Of a DNA stretch of 64,000 nt, positions 49,091-60,032 are shown piece by piece. The position numbers and the translations under genes were made by a program. Where the stretch lies: contig CM114271.1 of assembly GCA_050084515.1 (NCBI GenBank), positions 9,424,001-9,488,000 on the forward strand. The letters run 5' to 3'. Within the stretch, counting starts at the first letter, position 1. Each line of letters opens with the position of its first letter. The notes under the pieces are model-generated. The model worked only from the letters and a program-made list of their open reading frames with translations. It had not been told where the DNA came from and searched no databases. The stretch comes from Blasia pusilla. Taxonomy: Eukaryota.

Positions 49091-50174
49091 GTAAGTTTCC
49101 TCATTCTTATGTTTGATTGCTTCAACCAGTCAGAGTCCAACGGGTTGCATAATTGGAAAGCTTGAAGATGGGAAGGAATGATATGAGTCTCTTGCCCCCA
49201 TCCTCTTTGAGGTTAAGGTCATAGTCAAGCAAACCGTCGGAGTCCGACGGATTGGCTGGTGCCCAAGCATACCACATTAATCCGGGATACTAGGACTAGT
49301 CGAACATCGACGGGTTGAAAAATGACTGCATGATTTATTTGTTCTACAATATGTCAAACTCCGATGAGTTGCACAATGAGGGGTAAGAAATCATCGAACG
49401 CCTTAAAGTAACTCCTCGGAGTCTGACGAGTTGCTGGACTGTCCCCTATTTTTTGGATACTTTTGGCTGAAAGCAACCCGTCGGACTCCGACGGGTTGCA
49501 TTTTCCCCCTAGGGCAAGCCGCTGGAGTTCGACAGCTTGGTTTTAGGCATCCAATTCCAACTTTACAAGGCCGTTGCGCAACTCGTCGGACTCCGATCGG
49601 TTGATATGGGCAATTTTTATCCAAAAACTTGTCTTGGAATGGAAGTCATTCTACAACTGGTCGGAGTCCTACGAGTTGGAACCAAGGAATAGGAGTCATT
49701 CTCCACTTGCACCAGAGAGTCAAGAATAGAGAGTGCAACCTGTCGGACTTCCATGGGTTGCAACACTCTCGGGAGATTTCAAGGATGCCCAATCCGTCGG
49801 AGTCCAATGTGTTGCGACAATCGCTTTCACTTGCAGTGTCTTCGACAAAAAGTGTATTTCGTGCAACCCATTGGACCCCGACGAGTTGCAACACTTATCT
49901 ATGTAGTACCTTTTGGATCCCGATGGGTTGACAGTATTGCAACCCGTTGAAGTCCTACGGGTTGCAGGAAATACATTTTTCGTCGAAGAGACTACAAGTG
50001 AAAGCGGTTGTTGCAACCCGTCGGACTCCGACGGATTGGGCATCCTTGAAATCTCCCAAGAGTGTTGCCACCCACCAGAGTTTGATGGCTTGCACTCTTT
50101 GTTCATCACTCTTTGGTGCAACCAAAAAAAAACCGATAGGTTGCAGTATTCTTACCTTGTGTTTGGATTTGCAG
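49091..50174. repeat. Palindrome-rich intron 2 (copy D)
   Basis: Perfect GCAACCCGTCGGACTCCGACGGGTTGC at 49473-49499 plus many variants; internal duplication, ~49700-49900 vs the reverse complement of ~49930-50120. Confidence 0.8.
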
Positions 50175-52805
50175 GATTGTATCCGAGGGGAACGTCGCCC
50201 ACCACTGGATCTAGGATTGCGATTGAAGAAGGTGCTTACGATGTACCCGGTAGAGTACAAGGGATTCCTGGGTGACGATCTAGTTGATGAGATGCTGGCA
50301 AAGGGAGCTCAAATTAAGAAGAAGACCTGGGAAATACCTTCATTTCCCAAGATGCAGCCATCACGATTCTCTGTTGGTCCAAGATCCAGGCCGCCAAGAA
50401 GAGTGCTATGTTGGAACATGAGAGAAGGGAGAATGTGTCTACGTCGGAATGGGAAAAATTTATTCAGGTTGCCTTATCTGCAGCTACAAAGTACACTGCA
50501 AGAAAGATACAGCGTAACATTGCAATTCTCAACCCCAAACTTGGCTTGGAGTTTTACAAGGATCTGAAGGAAATAATCAAGCGCCAACGAAAGAGAGACA
50601 AAGACCCACAAGGTCAGATTGGAGAGAAAGTGTCTTTGGACCGCGGGCACAAGTTTGCATTGTATGGCATATCCGAGTTAAGGTAAATCCGATCGATGAA
50701 AATCAGTCTCGAGGGCATTGAGGCGCCAAAGCATGCGGCACACCACCCTATGGGAGTTTCCGATCCAATAATCTCCCATTGGCTATGGGAATGGTCATTC
50801 TGGGACGCGCTATGCCTTCTCGGGAAGTCCATGATCGTGGGTCTACAAGCGGAGCTGAAGAAGATTGAGCCACTTCCATAGGAAGCAAACCTAGAAGTTG
50901 GAGAAGATTTTGAACTCTGGCTTGATGACATCAGAGATAAGTTGACAAAAAACCTTGGATTCAGGATGATGTTCAAGAATCACATCCTCCCTCAGGAAGA
51001 TCTGGACGAGGAAATAGATGCAATAAAATGGGATTTTGCAAAGAAGAAGCGGGATCTTCATGAGCAGGCGGCCGAGTCATCTTGACAAAGAGCTGCCCAA
51101 CGGATGGTGTACAGGTACCTCATCAATTGTGCAAATGCAGGTACATGGCATAAATTTTTGGCAACCTACAAATTGTGGGCTTCTCCGCCTGATGGAAAGG
51201 GATTCTCCATGTACGACATGGAGATGAGATAGGGCATGTCTGACTAGGAGGTAATAAATTTTCCAATCTGGTTGGACTTCAACCACCCACAGGACATTAC
51301 AGACAAAAATCTACGCATGGTCTGTGATGCAATGGTCGCTGGTAGGGACAACATTCCAAACTTCGTGAAGCTTGAAATTTTTTTTGAAGGAGATACAGAG
51401 GAGCAAGCCCTTGAGACAGCGGAGTTGGTGGCAAAGGTTGTCACCGCCAAAGACAAATCCACAATGGATTTGAAAGCCAAAGCAAGGGGATCGAGGAATT
51501 CCTAGGCCAAGTCTTCGAGAAAAGAGGTTGAGTCTTAAAGGCAAGAGGCGGAGTCATCAAGGCGAGAGGGCTCGACTAGGTCCTCGTCAAAGAAAACTCC
51601 TGTGGAGTCTAAGGTAACGGAGACTCCAACCAGCCGAAAACACACTCGGGAGAAGCGAAAGAGGGAGGCGTCTGGTTCGTCCAAGGGAGGAGATAAGGAT
51701 GTGGAATACACTCCATCATCCTTGGGGAGGCATAGGGAAATGACCACCACGACAAATTTCCTTCTTCACTTGACTCATCTTGTCAATGAACTGCAAAGTT
51801 TCAGTTCTCATGAGTCGACACTTGCCATCGAGAAACTGACCGTGCTAGGGCGAAAAATCCTTCGAAACGGGCACGCCCCCTAGACGGTGCATGGGGTTGT
51901 TGAGGAGGTGGCGGTGGACCTCCTCATTGCAGATTTTCCTTATGGGTTTTGCTTGTGGGACAACAATCCGTCTGACATTGTCCCAGATTGGAATGTCCCG
52001 CTTTCCTATGACCAGATCGCTCTATTGTTTTCTTTTGCTGACGCGTATCTCAGTGACAGTGGTTGTTTCTTGGTCCTCATTGGAGGGAGCAAAGACGAGC
52101 TCTTCAACCTTCAGTGCATGAAGAGGTCGCTACTCGTGTCGCTAAAGTGGAGGACGGCGCAATCGTGGGTCATAAAAAATGAGTATCCACTCATATCTGC
52201 GACGAATCAAGTCCGGGTAAGTTCACTTTTTGAACGAATTGATTTTGTTGAGAAATACAACTTGTTGCAAATTCACCTTAGTAACCAGACGGGTTGCAAG
52301 TACAAATCCTTTTGCACTTGTGTCTGCAGTGATGCAATCCGTCTGAAAGCGACGGGTTGCAAATTCACCAACATGTCTCCAGTGATTGCAACCCGTCGGA
52401 ACCTGATGGGTTGCAAGTAGCATTGCTTTTCCACATGTTTCTGGAGTGATGCGACTCGTCTGAAAGTGACAAGTTGCTCTCATATTAGGAACTTCTCAAC
52501 TTTGAACAATTCCATTGAGTTGTAAGCCAACTGTCCAACTCCAATAGGTTGCGGTTCTATCCAGCAAAATGAGCAACTTGTTGGCTTCCGACGGGTTGCT
52601 CATAGGCAAAGAATCCTCTTAGAGTTGTAAAGCAACCCATCAGAGTGCGACAGGTTGCTATTCTATTAGGCCTATAGGCCAAGTTCTGATGGGTTGGTAA
52701 TCACTGGGGACTAGTAGGACAGGTTTGAAAAGCAACCCGTCGGACTCCGACAGGTTGCTCTTGTGTCTAGCCAAATCAGCAACCCATCGGTTCCCGACGG
52801 GTTGC

Positions 52806-55211
52806 ATCTTGTGTTACTTTATGGAGAGTCAACCATGGTCTTTATGCACCATTTGTTGCACAGTGTGCACAGCTTTACGATCTATGACGGCATCAAAAAA
52901 TATTATGAATCGGTTATTCCAGTAAAAACCGACGGGGATTGTCGTAAAGTCCAATGTCTCTTTCTCCTACACAAAATTTGAGAGCGCTTCCGCGCTGATT
53001 TCTCCCAACAAAAATGTAAAATCTATGAGAACACAAATCAGCAAGCTACATGGTGTTCCCGAGAGCATCAGCATGGAGCAATCTGCCCCCATACTCAATT
53101 CCTATCGAAAATTGGGTAGCGCTTCCGCGTGCCAATCTCCCGTACAAAAAATCAGCAAAGCAAAACAACAAACTTGCACGACTCTTGCTCTGGTGAGCAC
53201 TCCCATGAGCCATGAAGTGGGGAACATGGTCCCCCAACCTACACCAAACATCGAGCAACCAGCGAGCTCCCCCATGAAGCTCTCTCACTCACTCATTCTC
53301 TCTTTGTAAAATAAAATTCCAATTCAATCTCTCTCACAACACCATAGTTCTCACATGTGTGCACTCTCACATGTCTCTCTCAATGTCAAACCAAAACCAC
53401 TCTCCTAATGTCAAGAGCCAAGGAGGTGACTTGGGAGCATAGGTTACCACGGAGAGAGCTTGGGAGAGGGGAGGGGTATACCTCAAGGAGAGAGAGCTTG
53501 AGAGCTCATTCTCTCTTTATTGAACCTCTTGGCATGAGGCAGTGGAGCTATGGTCTTGCTTGCCTTGTGTGTGTAACCCAAGCCTCTCACCTGATGTACG
53601 AGGTCAAGGGCCTCTTACGACAAATATAAAGTTGATCATATACTTGAAATGGTATTTACCTAAAATAGGAAATTTCTCAATATGGCTCCAAATGAGCTGA
53701 AACGAAGGGGAAACCTGCTCTCTCAAGTTTTCCACGACTTCCTCAACCGACTGAGCCTGTCCTCCACTACTCACAAAGGCGCTCTACTAGATCTCACCAA
53801 TCTATCCTAAAAGACGTGACATGGTGGAGGAAGCCGGGAAGAACTTTGAACAACAGATGATCAAAGAAATATCTTATGTCAACAAACACTGGAAACGCCC
53901 ATTTGATAACCATGAAAAGCCACTCCCGGAACTACCACCAAAGATTACAGTCGATCTTGAGCAGCTTACTCCATTTGCATCCTTGGATGTCTTTGTCCAG
54001 AACAAAGTACTTGGGACTTCGTTGGTCGTTGTTAAGTGGAGAGAGAAAATGAGGAATCACACACCCAATATCATTAACAAACCTTTGACTATTCATGGCC
54101 ATTTTCCGTTTGCAACTGAGTTTGAATATAGGATTAGAAGACACAATTATGGATTTAGATATAGCACCTTGAAGTGTTCGCCGGGGTGGCTCGCATTTGA
54201 GGGAGGGGGTATGTGATACCCATAATTTTGTAAATTTGCGGATTAATACATTTTCATTCAACTTGAGTATGGATCTCTTCAAGGATGAAGACTATTTGAA
54301 GTAAATTTTGCAGATATAAGACTGTATGAATATTATTTTTGAGTATTCGATATTATGAGAAGTATTACAGTAGAGTATGAAGCTCCTAGGATAAGGCAGA
54401 GAGGTAGAACATCAAGGATTTGCCTTGGAGGAGAGGGAAATAAATTCACGAAGTCTAAAGACCAAAAGCAAAGCTTAGCAAAGACAACAAAGCCTAATAA
54501 AGAACCTGTTTATGAAGTGCTTCGCTCTTGAACAAAGCATGATGAATAAGAAGAAGCAGAAGTTCTTCGCTCTTCAACGAAGCACCAAGACGAAGCAGCA
54601 ATGCTTTGCGGAAGAATGAAGCACTTGGAACAAACGCAAAGAATGTTGCGCTTCATCTTCAAAAGAAGAGGAAGTGCTTCGTCTTCAAAGGAAGAAGAAG
54701 AGATTGTGACTTCGCAACGAAGATAAGACTGTTTGCGATTTCAAGCCGCATACCATTAGAGTAGTTAGGCTAGGAAGAGGCGTGACTTTTCTGACTAGAT
54801 AGGAAGGTAGGACAGTTAAGATTAGCGGATTTGTAGGGATCACAGTAAGAGTCAAGAGAATCGTAGATCAAATTAGTTACAAGATCCCAATAGGTACTAG
54901 CTTCACAAGAAGCGCTTTAGGACTACTATTGTTTGGAAGAATATTTAAAGACCATCAAGGTAGTTACTTTCATCACTCTCTTACAAAGTCTTTATGATGT
55001 AGGAATGGTCCAAGCAAGAGAGTAGTACCGTCTCGTGCTTGTATATACTTTGAAGCTTTCTCATTCTTGATGGAATAGTAAAGAATTCCCTTCCTTCATT
55101 TTGATATTCATGAATCATCTTATTGGATCTGCAGAGTGAAGAGTGGATCACGAGAGCACTTTCACCACTAGAATAATCAACAGCGAGTTGTAAGAAATCT
55201 GTTTGATAGAG
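52806..55211 (+). mobile_element. 3' part of an LTR family 3 retroelement: unassigned internal region, polypurine tract and truncated 3' LTR (54212-55211)
   Basis: GAGGGAGGGGGTA followed by TGTGATACCCATAA; LTR homologous to 46708-47610. The left boundary is uncertain. Confidence 0.6.
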
Positions 55212-58200
55212 AGGGGGGCTGGTATTCTGGCAGGAGAGAGGAAGAGAAGAGAGGAAGAGAGGAGAGTCTCTCTTAAAAAAAAAAGGGCCAAATCCGCCTC
55301 CTCTCTTCAAAACTTTTTGACATATTTGAAATTTTTGTTTGCTTTCAAATTCATTAAATCTTTAAAAGAGAGTAGGTAGTGGTCCACATTCGGGCCTTAA
55401 GAAACCTCCTTTTTTCAGGGGGCGAAAAACAAGTAGACATCATAAGACCACGAAAAACATTTTTCCATCACTCTCCATGTGAGCCTAAGTTTCTTCACAT
55501 TTCTTATCTCAGTCTACAATAAGGTGTGCCCAAGGGTATTTTTGTTGGAGGACCATTGGCAAATAATTTGACCAAAACTAGCAATCTCATCTCAATGAAA
55601 GGTTCAAATAAAGACTCTAACGATGGTCTCAACAGACTGTGGTGCTTTCCAAGGTTTAACTTCTCAGAATATTTGGTTGACATTATGGATTGACATCTCT
55701 TCTTGCAAAAGAAAGGCACAAGGAAATGCTTGTAAATGATTGTTGATTCTTCTTGCAGAAGGAATCAATACTCATCATACATTATGGAAAACCATTGGCA
55801 ACACTGTACCAAAATGAGAATTGTTGACCTTCCCCCATTCCCAAGTGTCTCTAAAGTGTTAATGTGTCATGAGACCTCACCCGAATGCGCATCGGGTACA
55901 ATGCCAACCTCTCTTTTTGTAGGGATTTTTGCCTTCATCATGCCCTCCCTTGAATTGCTCCATAATGAATGGTGTCTTCTCAAGACCAACTTTGTGAAAT
56001 GTGAACACACGAGACGATAATAGAACCAAAATATTGTTAGCTGTCTAGAGTAAAGAGGAACTGATGTCCCTTTATTCAGATCATAAATTTGAGAAATCGA
56101 GAAGCTGCACCCCTCCCAATCCGTCAGAATTTTACAGGTTGCAACTCTTGCAACCCGTTGGAATCAAATGGCTTGCACCCCTTGCAAGCAAGCTTACCAT
56201 AACAAAGGAAAGATTTTGAGAAGTGATTCCATTCCACCCTGCACCCACACAAATCCAACAGGTTGGGAATCCGAAATGGCAATTCTACAGGTAGTAGGAA
56301 TCTAGCACGTCTTAGAGAAGAAAAGAAGCCTTCAACTGGTTTGACGATACTAGGGGAACGAGCCAAGAGTGAGGAAGCCCGCCACAATGCCTCAGAAGTT
56401 GGTCTCATAGGCAAAGAGTCCGATCACTCAAGTAGCCAACCTGTCGGAATCCGACAACTTGCCTGGAAATGGTTAAAAAGTTTCAGTGGTCAAAAAGTGG
56501 AAAGTTGCAACCCATCAGAATCTGACGGGTTGCAAAATAAACATTATGAGTAGCTAGACGAATACAATCGACTAGTCCAAAAAAAATATTCAGCAAACTT
56601 TTACAAACACCATTATCGTTTGGAAAAATCTTGTCCTTTATTACATCCGAAGGAAGCTCGGAAATGTACATTTGATCTAGTTTATGATTTCTTCAGCCTC
56701 GTCATCTACAAATTTACTCCTAACTCTCCTAGGTTCATGTACAAGAGGAATGTCCAAGGATACAAGTGGCTCCTTTGGTCGATTGTAGACGGGGATCGAA
56801 AATGTTGGCAAATTTGAGAGCCTTGCCCCCCCCTAGGTACACCATAACAGTCCCATGTAACCTGATTTGAGTCCCACCGCCTTCCTCGGCAATAAATCTT
56901 GTACGCTCTCCAAGGTGACACCTATTCAATATCAATATGTGCTCCGTCCTTGGAGATACCATCATGGCAATTCGATAGGTAGTAGGAATCCAACACGTCT
57001 TAGAGAAGAGAGGAAGCCTAAGACTTGTTTGACAAAACTAGGGGAAGATGCCAAAGTGAAGAAACCCGCAAGAATGCCTGTAAAGTTGGACTAACAGGGA
57101 AAGAGCCCGATCACTCACGCAGCCAACCTGTCGGAATCCGACAGGTTGCCTGGAAGTAGTTAAAAAGGTGCAGTGGTCAAAAAGTGAAAAGTTGCAACCC
57201 GTAGCTATCCGACGGGTTGCAATATAAACTGTCGGAGTACATAGACGATCACAATCGACAAGACCAAAAAAGATATTCAGCAAACTTTTACAAACACCAT
57301 CATCGTTCAAAAAAATCTTGTCCTTTATTACATCCGAAGAACTATACCTTTGATCTATTGTATGAATTCTTCTGCCTCGTCATCAAATAAATCCCTACTC
57401 CAAAACGCTGCAGTCAATATGGGTCCTTGAGTTCTTTGAACTCACTCGACATCGTCCGAGAGCTCTTCCAGAATTAGTGTCGGCCTTGCCCTCCCGATTT
57501 TTGGAATCATGGGAAGTGACAATGGTGTCACTACCAATGGTGGGTTTGGAACCAGAGCTCTTGGCTTTGGAGGAGAGTTGTACGCCCCAACTAGCCTGTT
57601 GTAATTTGCCTTTGCCTCTTTGCAAAGGTCAAACAGTTCCTACCTTCCCTCAAGGCAGAGAATGTTCTTGCCACTCTTCCGGGCGCCTCTGATACTCGCC
57701 CCTAAAAGGCCCACTAAGTCGAACACCAAGTCACTCGGCCTTGAGCAGAGCTCGATGAGCGTTTGCATCAGCGCTGACAACTTTTCCCTTCCTCCAAGTA
57801 AGGGGGTACCATTTTGCATGTAAATTCCTGGGGGGGAATCGTATAAACTATCTAAGCTGTATCCATCGGAGGATGGATCCACTAGATCGAGGATCTGAAA
57901 CACTTGGAAGTTGTGCTCGGGCCTTACAAAACAATAGACAAAGGAGTAGTCCATCTGTAAAGAAGCAGGTTGGAAACAATGTCAACAGCAAGAAAGAGCT
58001 ACTTTCAGTATGCAACAACAAGAAAGGTCTACTATCAGTATGGTGACACAATGTGCAACTCGTCCCCAAAGAACTTCGCTTAACCCCAGAGAACTTAGTT
58101 ATCGTTCTAACATTGGAGCAACCTGTCAGAGTCCGACGGGTTGTTTTACAAGTGTTAGTGATTTTTTTTGCCATGAGCAACCCGTCGAAAGGCGAGCGGT

Positions 58201-60032
58201 TGTTGGCTTAGAGCAGCCCATGGTTGGCTAAGAGCAATCCGTCCCTTTTAGACGGGTTGTATCATTCCGAAAACACAAGGAAAATCATAAGTACTTGCAA
58301 CCTGTCGGAACCCGACGGGTTGCATTCACCCAATGGAGACTTGCGGTAAATTTGCAACCCGTCGCTTTCAGATGGATTGCACCAGCAAAATCTCCAGCTC
58401 AGACAATCTGACGGGTTGCATGCAGATAGGCAACTTGTTGGAGCAAGACAATTTGTATATGGATTTAGAGCCCTTACCCGGTTTTGACTCGTCGCCGATC
58501 TGAGTGGATACTTGTTCTTGATGACCCACGATTGCGCCGTCCTCCACTTCAATGACATCTTGACGCACTGCAGGTTGAAGACCTCATCCTTGCTCCCTCC
58601 AGTCAAGACCAAGTAACAACCCCTGTCACTGAGATAAGCGTCTACAAAGGAAAACAGGAGCGCGATCTGGTCATAAGAAAGAGGGACATTCAAGTCTGGG
58701 ACATTGTCAGATCGATTCTCGTCCCACAAGCGCAACCCAGAGGGTAAATCAACGATGAGGAGATCCACCGCCACCTCCTCGACCTCCCCATGGACCGTCT
58801 AGGGAGCATACTCGTTTTGTTGAAGCTTCCGTCCCAGCGTTTGTCGATGGTGGGTGTCGACGCTTGGGAATTGAAACTTTGCAGCTCATCTAGAATATTC
58901 GTGTAGTGAATGATGACGTTGTCCAGGTCGTGTTTTCTCTATGTCTTTCCAAGGATGATGGAGTGTATTCCACATCCTGGTCTCCTCCCTGGGACAAACC
59001 TAGCGCCTCTCGCTTCCGCTTCTCCCGAGTCTGCCGTCAGCTTGTTGGGATCTCTACTACCTCAGACTCTGGTGGAGTCTTTTTGGCGCACGACCTGGTC
59101 TGACCCTCTCTCCCCGCTCGCCCGGACGATTTCGCCTCTCGCCTTGAATTCTCAGCCTCTTTTTTGGAAGACTCGACCTCGGAATTCTTTGATCCTCTCG
59201 CCTTAGCTTTGAGACCCGCTATAGATTTGTCCTTTGGCGGTGACGACCTTGGACACCAACTCCGCTGTCTCGAGGGCTTGCTCCTCCGCATCTCCTTCGA
59301 AAAAGTCTTCACGCTGCACGAAATTTGGGATGTCGTCCCTACCTACAACCATTGCATCATACACGTGTCGAAGATTTTTATCGATGATGTCCTTGGGGTC
59401 GTTGAAGTCCAACCTGATGGGGCAATTCTCCACCTCCCAATCAAACATGCTTTGAGCCATCTCCATGTCGTAGATGGAAAATTTCTCTCCATCAGGCGAG
59501 AAGCCCACAATTTGCAGGCTGCCGGTATTTTTCGCCACGTACTTGCATTCTTACAATGGACGAGGTACCTGAACACCATGTGTTGGGAAGCTCTTTGTTG
59601 AGATGCATCGGCCGTGTGCTCTTGAAGATCTTGCTTTTATTTGCGAAATCCCTTTTCTTTGCCTCTATTTCTTCATCAAGGTCTGCCTGAGGGAGGATGT
59701 GATCCTTGAACATCGTCCTGAAGCCTAGTTTTTTTATGGGCTTATCCCGGATGTCATCCAGCCAAAGTTCAAAATCTTCAACACTCTCCACGTTTGCTTC
59801 CTCTGGAACTGGCTCTATTTCTTTCAGCTCCGCTTGGAGACCCACGAGCATGGACTTCCCGAGAAGCCGCAACCCATCCCAGAATGACCATTCACGGAGC
59901 CAGTGGGAGATCACTGGTTCAGAGACACCCTGAGGATGGTGTGCCGCCCTCTTTTGGGCCTCTGTGCCCTCGAGACTGATTTTCATCAGTCGGATTCTCC
60001 TAAATTCCGAAATTCCATACAAGGCAAGTCTA
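55212..60032 (+). mobile_element. MULE-like ParB-MTase DNA transposon, copy E (MTase-side end present, interrupted by copy F)
   Basis: End GGGGGGCTGGTATTCTGGCAGGAGAGAG...; MTase exons on the minus strand. Confidence 0.85.
57442..60032 (-). pseudogene. ParB-MTase gene, 3' part of exon 3 (58478-60032) and exon 4 (57442-57954), copy E
   Basis: VDLLIVDLPSG...; GGREKLSALMQTLIELCSRPSDLVFDLVGLLG; phase-0 GT-AG intron with palindromes. Confidence 0.82.

Larger units (their letters stand above)
46661..52216 (+). pseudogene. ParB-MTase gene exons 1-3, copy D (46661-48530 with a solo LTR, ~48619-49090, 50175-52216)
   Basis: WDGNHK in ORF 48864-49094; VDLLIADFPYG (DFPY at 51932-51943) followed by WN...LSDSGCFLV; GTAAG donors at 48531, 49091 and 52217. 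Confidence 0.82.
43512..52805 (-). mobile_element. MULE-like ParB-MTase DNA transposon, copy D (more diverged, both ends missing)
   Basis: Transposase 5' half on -, promoter array, ParB-MTase exons 1-3 on +. Confidence 0.82.
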
